From NCBI GenBank assembly GCA_963775495.1, contig CAVZIM010000009.1, positions 39,962 to 103,961 on the forward strand: DNA of 64,000 nt. The letters are read 5' to 3'. Under the pieces are notes generated by a model, which worked only from the letters and a program-made list of their open reading frames with translations, did no database searches and was not told the DNA's origin. The stretch comes from an uncultured Methanobacteriaceae archaeon (GTDB lineage: Archaea; Methanobacteriota; Methanobacteria; Methanobacteriales; Methanobacteriaceae). The translations under genes were made by a program, and so were the position numbers. Positions 54,811 through 64,000 of the stretch are shown piece by piece (the first letter of the stretch is position 1; each line of letters begins with the position of its first letter).

Positions 54811-57267
54811 TTATACAGTTTTAATGGGTAATGTAAAGGAGAATGTTGTTCCTTTTCCGGGTTCCGACTTTACCCATATTTGTCCATTGTGATGTTGTAT
54901 AATTTTTTGTGTTATTGAAAGTCCGATGCCAGTTCCGGAATATTGTTCTCTGGTATTTAATCTTTTGAAGACTTCAAAGATTTGTTGATGATGTTCTGGT
55001 TTGATGCCAATACCGTTATCTGATACAGAAAATATCCATTCTTCTTTGTCTTTTTGAGCAGATATATTTATTTCTGGTGGGTTATGACCATGGAATTTTA
55101 TTGCGTTACTTATCAGATTTTGGAAAACTTGTATCATTTGATTTTTATCGACAAATACACTGGGAAGCAGGTCATGTGATATTGTTACATTATTTTCAAC
55201 TATTGATATGGCTAAATTGTGAAGAACAACATCTAATACTTGTTCAAGGTTCACTTCCTCAAATTCTGCAGCCTGATTTTTGACTCTGGAATATTCAAGA
55301 AGATCATCTATCAATTGTTTCATACGTTTAGCACCTTCAACAATAAATTCAATAAAATCATTGGCATCAGAATCTAAATTATCTTTATATCTCCTTTCCA
55401 ATAACTGAGAATATAATGTAACCATACGTAATGGTTCCTGAAGATCATGGGATGAAACATAAGCAAATCGTTCAAGCTCTTCATTAGAACGTTTCAATTC
55501 AATATTAAATTTTGAAAGTTCTTCTGTACGTTTTTGAACTTTTTCTTCTAAAAGTTTGCGATCGGAAATATCGGTGGAAACAGAACCAACCCCATAAGGT
55601 TTACCATTAACATCATAGATAGGGAATTTATTTGCAATAAAAGTATGATGTCCATCATTCAAATCTGCTTCTTCTTCTACACGTATTGGTTTCCCTTCAT
55701 CAAGCACTTTCTGGTCATTAATTCTATAATAATCTGCTAATTCCTTAGTGATGATATCATAATCAGTTTTACCCTTTATTTCTTCATCTTTAACTCCAAG
55801 TAATTCCTCTAATTTGTTATTAATTGTTAAAAATCGTCCTTCAACATCTTTAACAAAAATAGGGGATGGACAACCATTAATTATATCATAAAATAATTTT
55901 TGACTCTTATTAAGGTCTTCTTCGGCCTTTTTTCGTTCTGTAATATCTGTATACATCGTTAGATTACCAATATGATCCCCTTTATGGTCATAAATTGGAC
56001 TAACACTTCCATGTGTCCATAAAATATCACCATCTTTCTTAATAAATTTAAGTTCATATTCTCCTCTAATTCCCTTTTTCCTATCTTCAACTCTTTTTTT
56101 TGCATTTTCAACTTCATTTCTATCAATAAGGGCAAAACTATCTATTCCTATTAGTTCATCAACAGAGTAACCTAATATTTCTGCCATTTTAACATTTGCA
56201 AAAGTAATAATTGCAGAGGGATCTGTTATCATGATTCCTTCATTAGCAGTTTCTACAATACTTCGATATTTCTCCTCGCTTTCTGCTAATGCATTGTTGA
56301 TTTTTAACAATTCGTGTCCTTGATTACGAAGCTCTTCATTTGTAACTTGAAGTTCTTCTGTTGTGGATTGTAATTCTTCATTTGACACTCTTAGTTCTTC
56401 TGTTGTGGATTGTAATTCTTCATTTGAAGTTTGAAGTTCCTCTGTTAGTTGTTGTTCATTCTCTAAAAGTTTCTGTTGCAGTTGTTCTCCTTTTTTTTGT
56501 TCGGTGATATCACGATAGATGACCACATAACCTATTGGGATTCCAGAACTATCATTGATTTGAGTTGCATTCTGTTCGACAATGATTTCAATACCGTTTT
56601 TATGTCTAAATTTATTTATAGTCATTAAACTGCCATTATTTTTTAACTCTTCGGATTTTGCATCTCTTTCACCAGGATCATATATTGGACGTAGTAGTTC
56701 TGCTGAGTTCATTCCCAACGCTTCATCTTTAGAGTATCCAAATACCTTTTCAGCAGCTTTATTCCAATAATTTATTTCAAAATTAGTATCAGTTCTAATA
56801 ACCGCATCATATAGTTGGTCCATTAGATCTGCATCATTTTTTATTTGTTGGTCCTCTTTTTTATTTGCTGTAATATCTTTACCTATGTTAAGTAGAATTT
56901 CTTCACCGCCTATATTAAGGTATCTAGCCGAATAAAGAACATCTATATACTCTCCATCTTTGCGCTTTAGCTTTAATTCAAAATTAGTTACAATTTTATC
57001 TCTTTTAAGTGAGTCAATATATTCCTGACGATTTGGATAAACATATAAATTCAATTCTTGTGATGTATGACCTATCAATTCATCACGAGTATATCCTATC
57101 TGATTCAAATATTCCTGATTAAAATAGATAAATTTTCCATCGGATACTCTTGTAAGAGCAACAGCATCAGGACTGAGCTCAAATATGGCAGGTAATATTT
57201 CTGAATATTGATATAATTCTTTCCTAGTTTTAGAAAGCTTTTCTTCAGATTGAAATTCTTTGATCAT
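54811..57267 (-). CDS. Cytoplasmic multi-PAS sensor histidine kinase (HisKA + HATPase_c)
   Basis: Four PAS/PAC segments; ELERFAYVSSHDLQEPLRMV H-box; QVFQNLISNAIKF; DNGIG; GTGIGL; no TM helices. Confidence 0.93.
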   Translation of the reverse strand: MIKEFQSEEKLSKTRKELYQYSEILPAIFELSPDAVALTRVSDGKFIYFNQEYLNQIGYTRDELIGHTSQELNLYVYPNRQEYIDSLKRDKIVTNFELKLKRKDGEYIDVLYSARYLNIGGEEILLNIGKDITANKKEDQQIKNDADLMDQLYDAVIRTDTNFEINYWNKAAEKVFGYSKDEALGMNSAELLRPIYDPGERDAKSEELKNNGSLMTINKFRHKNGIEIIVEQNATQINDSSGIPIGYVVIYRDITEQKKGEQLQQKLLENEQQLTEELQTSNEELQSTTEELRVSNEELQSTTEELQVTNEELRNQGHELLKINNALAESEEKYRSIVETANEGIMITDPSAIITFANVKMAEILGYSVDELIGIDSFALIDRNEVENAKKRVEDRKKGIRGEYELKFIKKDGDILWTHGSVSPIYDHKGDHIGNLTMYTDITERKKAEEDLNKSQKLFYDIINGCPSPIFVKDVEGRFLTINNKLEELLGVKDEEIKGKTDYDIITKELADYYRINDQKVLDEGKPIRVEEEADLNDGHHTFIANKFPIYDVNGKPYGVGSVSTDISDRKLLEEKVQKRTEELSKFNIELKRSNEELERFAYVSSHDLQEPLRMVTLYSQLLERRYKDNLDSDANDFIEFIVEGAKRMKQLIDDLLEYSRVKNQAAEFEEVNLEQVLDVVLHNLAISIVENNVTISHDLLPSVFVDKNQMIQVFQNLISNAIKFHGHNPPEINISAQKDKEEWIFSVSDNGIGIKPEHHQQIFEVFKRLNTREQYSGTGIGLSITQKIIQHHNGQIWVKSEPGKGTTFSFTLPIKTV
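56351..56427. repeat. Intragenic tandem repeat: two exact 35-bp copies at 42-bp period, encoding SNEELQSTTEEL heptads
   Basis: AGTTCTTCTGTTGTGGATTGTAATTCTTCATTTGA at 56351-56385 and 56393-56427. Confidence 0.9.
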
Positions 57268-57555
57268 AATTTACCCCAAAATAAAATACGATTATTATAA
57301 AACTGGAATTATGTTTATAGAATTATTATATTTAAAATGATTGATTGAATAAATAACTTTAACTGAAAAATAGGAAATATTCTAAGGATACCCAAATCAA
57401 TCGAATTGTATCGTTATTGGTTAAGTAGCTTCCAGATAAATTCAAGGTCAATATTTTTCTATTTGTAGACAAACTTCAAATATATTTCAATACATATTAA
57501 ATATAAAAATTATTATGGTGGATAATTATTTTTTTTGAGTAGGGGGATTTTATAT

Positions 57556-58581
57556 TTGGCTAAAAATATGATACGTGTTATGCTTGTTGAAGATAATCAG
57601 GGTGATGCTCTAATTTTATCTGAAATGCTTAAAGAAATTTATGATAAACAATTCAAACTTGTAAACTTTAAACGGTTAGATGAGGGATTAAAGCATCTTA
57701 CTGAAGAATTGGATATTATACTCTTAGATCTTAACCTTCCAGATAGTCATGGAATTATAACATTTAAAACAATGAAGAAAAATGCTCCAAATTTGCCTAT
57801 AATAATTTTAACAGGACTAAATGATGAAGATCTTGCCATTAATATTGTATCAAAGGGAGCTCAAGATTACCTTGTTAAAGGCCAAATCGACAAACAATTA
57901 CTTTCAAAGTCGATTAAATATTCAATTGAACGTAAAAATATCGAAAATCAGCTTCAGATATCAATTGAAGATAAAGAATTACTTCTTAGAGAATTACATC
58001 ATCGTGTTAAAAATAATTTAATGATCATATACAGTTTATTAAACTTGCAATCAGCATATATTAAAGATGAAGAGTCTAAAATGATTTTTAAGGAAAGTCA
58101 AAACCGTGCAAGATCTATGGCATTGATTCATGAACGATTATATCAATCAACAGATCTTAAAAGAATTGATTTTGGTGATTATATTCGCACTTTAGCTAAC
58201 GATCTTTATCATACCTATGTTATGGATACAAATTTAATAAAGTTAAATGTTGATGTAGAAGATATAAAATTAGATATCGATACATCAATACCTTTAGGAT
58301 TAATTTTAAATGAATTAGTAACTAATAGTTTGAAATATGCTTTTCCACAAGGATCACATGGAGAAATCGACATAATATTTCATACACAGGATAATAAATT
58401 TTTATTGGAAGTTAAAGATAATGGAATAGGGTTTAGTAAAGATATTGACTACAAAAATACGGATTCATTAGGATTGAGACTGGTGACTAATTTAACGGAT
58501 CAAATTGAAGGAAAAATAGAATTTAACAACCAACCCGGTACATCATTCAAGATCATTTTTAAAGAAAAAAAATTTGAATAA
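57556..58581 (+). CDS. Receiver-domain + HisKA_2 histidine kinase
   Basis: MLVEDNQGD, LLDLNLPDSHG, ILTG, AQDYLVK; [11 protein letters not shown]; start refined to TTG 57556 behind an AGGGGG SD. Confidence 0.92.
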   Translation: MAKNMIRVMLVEDNQGDALILSEMLKEIYDKQFKLVNFKRLDEGLKHLTEELDIILLDLNLPDSHGIITFKTMKKNAPNLPIIILTGLNDEDLAINIVSKGAQDYLVKGQIDKQLLSKSIKYSIERKNIENQLQISIEDKELLLRELHHRVKNNLMIIYSLLNLQSAYIKDEESKMIFKESQNRARSMALIHERLYQSTDLKRIDFGDYIRTLANDLYHTYVMDTNLIKLNVDVEDIKLDIDTSIPLGLILNELVTNSLKYAFPQGSHGEIDIIFHTQDNKFLLEVKDNGIGFSKDIDYKNTDSLGLRLVTNLTDQIEGKIEFNNQPGTSFKIIFKEKKFE

Positions 58582-58620
58582 ATCTGCCTTTTTTTTGCTT
58601 TTTCATATAAACAGGCAGAT
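58582..58620. terminator. Inverted repeat with an internal oligo-T between convergent genes
   Basis: ATCTGCCT (58582-58589) pairs with AGGCAGAT (58613-58620), enclosing T-tracts. Confidence 0.4.
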
Positions 58621-58656
58621 ATTAATGGTACAAGTGATATTTTTAAAACAAACACC

Positions 58657-59256
58657 CTAATTTGAAATATCATCCATACGATTTATATTAAAAAAATTCC
58701 TACCCGTATCATCTAAAGAGTCAACATCTATATATTTTACATTCAATTCCCTTATCAAACTCTTAACATCCCTTATATCTTCTTTTAAAAGCTTTATTAT
58801 GTTAGACCTTGAATCTTTTTTATAAATCGAATGTAAAGGTTCTAACTTCCCATCGGACCATTTAGGAACAAATGCATCAAAATCTGATTCATTTGAATAT
58901 AGAAACATTTTTTTTATGAAGTATTCAGAAACAAATGGAGAATCGCATGGAACAACCATTGCTCTATCCGACAGAATATTCTCCAAACCGGTTAAAATAC
59001 CTGCAAGCGGTCCCTTATCTTCTAAAATATCTATAGATATGTGAAGTTTAGATCTATTTAATTGTAATTCATCAAAAATTTTGTTATAATCATCAACCTG
59101 ATTTTTATCTCTTAATACAACTATTATCTCATCGGCAATTTCGATTATATTTTCTATTACATGTACAATCATGGGTTTTCCATTTAAGTTCATTGAACCC
59201 TTATCTTGACCCATTCTTCTACTTTTGCCGCCACATAAGAGAATAAATGATTTCAT
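58657..59256 (-). CDS. mobA: Molybdenum cofactor guanylyltransferase
   Basis: LLCGGKSRRMGQDK, GPLAGI, VPCDSPF, EPLHSIY, FFNIN. Confidence 0.95.
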   Translation of the reverse strand: MKSFILLCGGKSRRMGQDKGSMNLNGKPMIVHVIENIIEIADEIIVVLRDKNQVDDYNKIFDELQLNRSKLHISIDILEDKGPLAGILTGLENILSDRAMVVPCDSPFVSEYFIKKMFLYSNESDFDAFVPKWSDGKLEPLHSIYKKDSRSNIIKLLKEDIRDVKSLIRELNVKYIDVDSLDDTGRNFFNINRMDDISN

Positions 59257-59338
59257 TACACACCATTTGAGTATACTGTAAAGTGATCCATGTTTATTTT
59301 TGATTTATTTTAATTTAAAAAAAAATATATTCTGATCT

Positions 59339-60826
59339 TTACATCAACCTTGATGTTGGATAGTTTGGACTCTCGTTGGTTATCATAAGATCGTGTGGGT
59401 GACTCTCTGTAATTCCACTGGAAGTTATTCTTACAAATTTTGCATTTTTCTGCAAGTCTTTTATGCCGCTAGCACCACAGTAACCCATAGATGCTTTAAT
59501 TCCACCTATTAACTGGAAAAGAATCTCATTTGTATGTCCTTTATATGGAACTACTCCTTCTACCCCTTCTGGTACAAGTTTTGCATGTTTCATTGGACCT
59601 TTTACTTCTTGGAAATAACGATCAGTTCCAGCTCCTACTCCACCGGTCATAGCACCGAGCGAACCCATACCACGGTATTGTTTGAACTTCCTTCCATTCA
59701 TAATAACAACATCTCCGGGTGATTCATGTGTTCCAGCTAAAAGACTTCCAAGCATAACTGCATCGGCCCCTACTGCAAGTGCTTTTGCAACATCTCCAGA
59801 GTATCTTAAACCGCCATCACCAATTACAGGAACTCCATAATCTTTTGCAACATCTGCAACACTAGATATAGCTGTTAGTTGAGGAACTCCAACTCCGGCA
59901 ATTATTCTAGTTGTACATATGGATCCTGGCCCAATACCTACTTTGAGACCATCTACTTCTGCTGACAATAAATCTTCAGCTGCCTGACCAGTTGCAATGT
60001 TACCTACAAGAAGATCGGCTTCAATATTTTCATTCATTGTCTTAGCAAATTTAACTATACTAGGTTTGTGAGCATGTGCACAATCCACAGCAATTATATC
60101 TGCACCTGCATCGTCAAGTGCCATGGCGCGTTCTAAATCAAATGGCCCAGTAGCTGCTGCAACTAAAAACCTGCCTTTTTTATCTCTTGAAGCATTTGGG
60201 AAGTTTTTGCGTGCAAGAATATCCCTCATGGTCAATATACCAACAATAAACCCATCATCAACAACAGGCAACCTTTCAACCTTGTTTTCATATGCAATGT
60301 CCAAGGCTTCTTCAGGAGTTGTTGATTCAGAAACTGTGACAACCTCTTCGGTCATTATATCCATTACCTTTCCTTGAGGAGTAGAATTAAGAATAGGTTT
60401 TACATCCCTTCTACTTATGATCCCAATAACAATTCCTTCTTGTACAACTGGTAGTCCGCTTATTTCTTCCTCATCCATGATCTCTTGAGCTTCTTTTATC
60501 GATGCTTCTGGATCAATGGTTATTACATCACGTATAGTTAGGTCTCCTGATCTTTTGACCTTTTTAATCTCATTAATTTGCTCATTAATGGTCATATTTC
60601 GGTGTATTACTCCTAAACCACCTTCTTGTGCAAGAGCTATCGCCATTTCAGATTCTGTTACAGTGTCCATTGCTGAGCTTATGATTGGAATGTTTATTCT
60701 ATAATTTCTTGAAATTTGGGTCGTAGTTTCAACGTCCTTCGGTTCAACTGACGATACTGATGGTAGCATCAAAAAATCGTCAAAAGTATACCCCATGGGT
60801 GCATTATTTAACTTTTCAGAGAACAT
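59339..60826 (-). CDS. guaB: IMP dehydrogenase with CBS pair
   Basis: [45 protein letters not shown]; start refined to ATG 60826. Confidence 0.97.
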   Translation of the reverse strand: MFSEKLNNAPMGYTFDDFLMLPSVSSVEPKDVETTTQISRNYRINIPIISSAMDTVTESEMAIALAQEGGLGVIHRNMTINEQINEIKKVKRSGDLTIRDVITIDPEASIKEAQEIMDEEEISGLPVVQEGIVIGIISRRDVKPILNSTPQGKVMDIMTEEVVTVSESTTPEEALDIAYENKVERLPVVDDGFIVGILTMRDILARKNFPNASRDKKGRFLVAAATGPFDLERAMALDDAGADIIAVDCAHAHKPSIVKFAKTMNENIEADLLVGNIATGQAAEDLLSAEVDGLKVGIGPGSICTTRIIAGVGVPQLTAISSVADVAKDYGVPVIGDGGLRYSGDVAKALAVGADAVMLGSLLAGTHESPGDVVIMNGRKFKQYRGMGSLGAMTGGVGAGTDRYFQEVKGPMKHAKLVPEGVEGVVPYKGHTNEILFQLIGGIKASMGYCGASGIKDLQKNAKFVRITSSGITESHPHDLMITNESPNYPTSRLM

Positions 60827-60973
60827 ATAGTTACCTCCAACCCTTAAAAGGTTGTTCAAATAAATAATTTTAGTTGAATATTGACAGTATCATCAAAACC
60901 TATTTCTTTACATACTCAAATTTGAGTATCAAGAAATTTTTTTTAAATTTCTTTAATATAGGGTTTTGAAACT

Positions 60974-61687
60974 TTAAAAGTTTTCTATCATATTCTTCAA
61001 TTCCATTACAGCAGTATGGTTTATGGTCCCTTTGTTTCTGTCCCCACCAGTGCATGCTGCTCCCCTTATACCAACAACATCACAACCAATATCATATAAC
61101 AATCTGAGCTGATTCTTCTTAATAGAACCTGCAAGAGCTGATTTAAGTCCGTAATCATGTATGATTTTATTGAATTCAATGAGTTTATCCTTATCCATGA
61201 AATCAAACAGTGTTTTACCATCTTTAATAGCTGTATCAACCATTGCAAGATCAGCACCGCTTTCTGCTGCTACTCGTGGTATTTCCATTGGATCAATAGA
61301 ACCTATTCTATGTGCATCTGCATATCCCGATGCAACAACAAGGGCATTATCATCAAATTCTTTAACAGATTTAACAACATTTTCCATGACCTCTAAAGCT
61401 TCATCATAATTTTTAGTACCATAAAGCCCTACTTTTATATAATCCGCACCAGAAACAACTGCTCCCGCTGCTGCTAAAGATACTGTACCTGGTTTATATG
61501 GTACATCACCGAGAGTTGCACTTACATGCATCTCATCTGGTGTGATTTCCCTTATGTTCTTGATAACCCATGGAAAATTCGCACCCAAAGATCCCTCCTT
61601 AGGATTTTTGACATCTATTATATCGGCACCACCTTCGACAGCTTCACGTGCCTCTTCACTGTTAATTGGACTAATTAAGAGAAGCAA
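60974..61687 (-). CDS. mfnB: (5-formylfuran-3-yl)methyl phosphate synthase (methanofuran biosynthesis)
   Basis: [53 protein letters not shown]. Confidence 0.94.
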   Translation of the reverse strand: MLLLISPINSEEAREAVEGGADIIDVKNPKEGSLGANFPWVIKNIREITPDEMHVSATLGDVPYKPGTVSLAAAGAVVSGADYIKVGLYGTKNYDEALEVMENVVKSVKEFDDNALVVASGYADAHRIGSIDPMEIPRVAAESGADLAMVDTAIKDGKTLFDFMDKDKLIEFNKIIHDYGLKSALAGSIKKNQLRLLYDIGCDVVGIRGAACTGGDRNKGTINHTAVMELKNMIENF

Positions 61688-62082
61688 ATTTTATACCTCC
61701 TATTTTTCTATAAAAACCCATATTTATACTCAAAACGGATGAGTCTATTAAAATTATATGATTATTAAGAATATAGATAGTTGCCATATAAAGATATTCC
61801 CATAATAAGTTTATGATCAACTATCCTAAGTTACAGATAAATTAATTTCACCATAAATTTTATCAACTTATCTTAAACGTTTATTTTATACATTTAATTC
61901 AAATTGTAATATTAATTCATTCTCATTGTATAAATAAATGATTTTATTAACAGATAAACAACTTAAATGATTATAATATGAACCTGTTACAGTAAGGAGT
62001 TAGTAATGAAATAATTAAGTGAATCTAAAACTATTTAATCAACTGATTACAATAAGTTAATATACTATTTTAGTGGTGGAAA

Positions 62083-63507
62083 ATGTCTGAAGTAACAACT
62101 TTTACAATAGATACTGCGGTTGCACCAGCACATCGAGATGAAATTTTAGATTATGTTTATAAATATTATATACTACCAAAACATGATAATTTTGGTTTTA
62201 TAAAGAGGGTATACGAAAATAATGGTTTAAATCTATATTTTACCGGTTTTAAATTAGATGAAGGTTGGAGAGTAGAAATTGAGATGGACTCTGGATCACC
62301 CATAGTAGTTAAAATGGAATGGGATGATAACACACCTCAAAATTTCGTAAAATCTATAAAGGAAGATCTTATACTGGCTGTACAGTTCTATCATGAAAAT
62401 GTTAGACAGTCTACATTGTATTTTGCATGGGTTGAAGGTGAAGATATAATTCCAGAACAACCACCCACATCAAGAAAAAAACTTTCTGATAGACTATTTG
62501 GGAGTAACTTGCTTTTTATTTACTTACTATTCTTTGGAGTAAATATTATACTACTACTATTGTTAGGCCTTAGATTTGCCATTGTAGCGATTATTGCCCT
62601 ACAACTTGTTATTGTAGTATTTTCTGATCGTATTTATCTAAGGGGCAATAACTGGAGGATCACTCAATCAAATCCATTTGTACATATATTAGAATATCAG
62701 CTTCCGGTAAAGGAATTCCAAGAATTTAAAGAGAAGTTTGGGAAGGAAATTGTTACCAAGATGAAAAAAGATATATACGACAAAACATTGGGCGTTGGTC
62801 AAGAGCCTACTTGTGAACTTGGAGAGAGTATATTTGAAGATTATGGTTTTAAATGTAGTCCAGAGACCAGATTAGTCAAAAAGATTGATGTGTACGATAT
62901 TGTTAAAACAGCTGCAGAAAAATTTGATCTACCAATTCCAAAAATCGTTATATCCAACACAATGGTTCCCAATGCAGCTGCAACCGGACCAAGTCCAAGC
63001 AGAGGTTTAGTACTTATAACAACCGGATTATTAGTTAGTCTTGAAGATAATGAAATATTAAGTGTGTTAGGTCATGAAATGGGGCATCTTAAGGGAAGGG
63101 ATCCAATAGTTCTCTTTTCAATTATATCGGGTGAATTCATACTCAGGTTCACAATATTTTTCCCGGTTGTTATATTAAATCCAATACTTTACATTATCGT
63201 TGTTATGGCTCTTATTTTCTTTGTGGCCAAATTCTTTGAAACAAGGGCCGATCTTGTGTCTGCCATAAACATCGGCCAACCTAAAGTACTTGCAGATTCA
63301 CTTAGAAAGATTGGTTTTAGCCGTCTTCAAATGGAAAGAACATCGTCAAACAATTTCCTACAATGGCTTGCATGGGATCCTCATCCACCACTCTACTTTA
63401 GAATAGAGAGATTAGATAAGATGGAAACACCGGTAAAAGTTAAACATCCATTTATACAATCTGCAAAAGATGTTTTTAATGGGTTTAGACATTCATTCCG
63501 TCGCTAA
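62083..63507 (+). CDS. M48 (HtpX-like) zinc metalloprotease with an extended N-terminal domain
   Basis: PNAAATG, LITTGL, HEMGH (HExxH), FETRAD, HPPLYFRI. Confidence 0.9.
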   Translation: MSEVTTFTIDTAVAPAHRDEILDYVYKYYILPKHDNFGFIKRVYENNGLNLYFTGFKLDEGWRVEIEMDSGSPIVVKMEWDDNTPQNFVKSIKEDLILAVQFYHENVRQSTLYFAWVEGEDIIPEQPPTSRKKLSDRLFGSNLLFIYLLFFGVNIILLLLLGLRFAIVAIIALQLVIVVFSDRIYLRGNNWRITQSNPFVHILEYQLPVKEFQEFKEKFGKEIVTKMKKDIYDKTLGVGQEPTCELGESIFEDYGFKCSPETRLVKKIDVYDIVKTAAEKFDLPIPKIVISNTMVPNAAATGPSPSRGLVLITTGLLVSLEDNEILSVLGHEMGHLKGRDPIVLFSIISGEFILRFTIFFPVVILNPILYIIVVMALIFFVAKFFETRADLVSAINIGQPKVLADSLRKIGFSRLQMERTSSNNFLQWLAWDPHPPLYFRIERLDKMETPVKVKHPFIQSAKDVFNGFRHSFRR

Positions 63508-63569
63508 ATGTCCATTGAATTTATTTTGTTGATGTATTTTAGAATTTAATTTGTTAAAAATAAAATATT

Positions 63570-63719
63570 TTACTTAAAAAGTAATATCAACGCCACAACA
63601 ACAATTAAAATAATAATTATTGCCAGGACAAATCCTCTTGAATTAGTATTTTCCCTTTTTTTATGTGCATAGTGATGTATACTTTCATCAATATCTTCAT
63701 CTAGATCATCATCTATCAT
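63570..63719 (-). CDS. Unannotated 49-aa tail-anchored microprotein (MIDDDLDEDIDESIHHYAHKKRENTNSRGFVLAIIIILIVVVALILLFK)
   Basis: Hand-translated ATG 63719 to TAA 63570; acidic N-terminus and a C-terminal TM helix. Confidence 0.6.
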   Translation of the reverse strand: MIDDDLDEDIDESIHHYAHKKRENTNSRGFVLAIIIILIVVVALILLFK

Positions 63720-63828
63720 GATAATAAATTTGTCTATGCCAGATAAATATAAATTTCCAATGAGATTTGATTATTTTAAGTAAATTTATTGTTAGGTGTT
63801 TATAACAGATTATTGATGGTGAAAAAAT

Positions 63829-64000
63829 ATGGAAAAAAAGAAAGAAAATATACCCGAAAAAGGTGCAGCTGTACAACGTGATATGAACACATATGCAATA
63901 ATTCCATATATTCCGGGTGGCCTTTTAGATCCGGCTACATTACGTAAATTAGCAGATGTAGCAGAAAAATATCGAGTTAAGATTATTAAAATGAATTCTG
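63829..64000 (+). CDS. 5' fragment of a nitrite/sulfite-reductase ferredoxin-like domain protein (runs off the window)
   Basis: MEKKKENIPEKGAAVQRDMNTYAIIPYIPGGLLDPATLRKLADVAEKY...; GGTGA SD. Confidence 0.75.
   Translation, partial: MEKKKENIPEKGAAVQRDMNTYAIIPYIPGGLLDPATLRKLADVAEKYRVKIIKMNS

Overview
AT-rich archaeal chromosomal segment, most likely from a Methanobacterium-like member of the Methanobacteriales. This is inferred from cofC, mfnB, an MCR component A2 homolog, egsA, a pseudomurein-binding-repeat protein and PKD/Ig-like surface proteins. Core genes (rpiA, egsA, proS, cofC, thiD, paaK-like, nadM, moaE, HD hydrolase, ubiX, cbiT, mobA, guaB, mfnB, htpX-like) alternate with accessory blocks: three sensor kinases, PadR+MFS, a P3A H+-ATPase, a Ni/Co ECF module, one intact-looking IS with terminal inverted repeats and a target duplication, an oxidative-stress cluster (3 rubredoxins, SOD, peroxiredoxin, ferritin), hcp with a divergent ArsR-V4R (MsvR-like) regulator, and two large surface proteins. 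I saw no rRNA, tRNA or CRISPR array. The most notable observations are: (1) a 53-bp operator/promoter cassette duplicated in front of both hcp and the MsvR-like gene; (2) a thymidylate-synthase homolog with Ser in place of the catalytic Cys; (3) an exported protein with thioester-domain-like YC/TQ motifs; (4) an unannotated 48-aa membrane microprotein upstream of the H+-ATPase; (5) Fur/PerR-like and candidate NikR palindromes; (6) a surface CE4 deacetylase. Four genes appear frameshifted at short homopolymers, so assembly error is a real caveat for any single-base claim. All family calls come from motif recognition only; no database searches were run.
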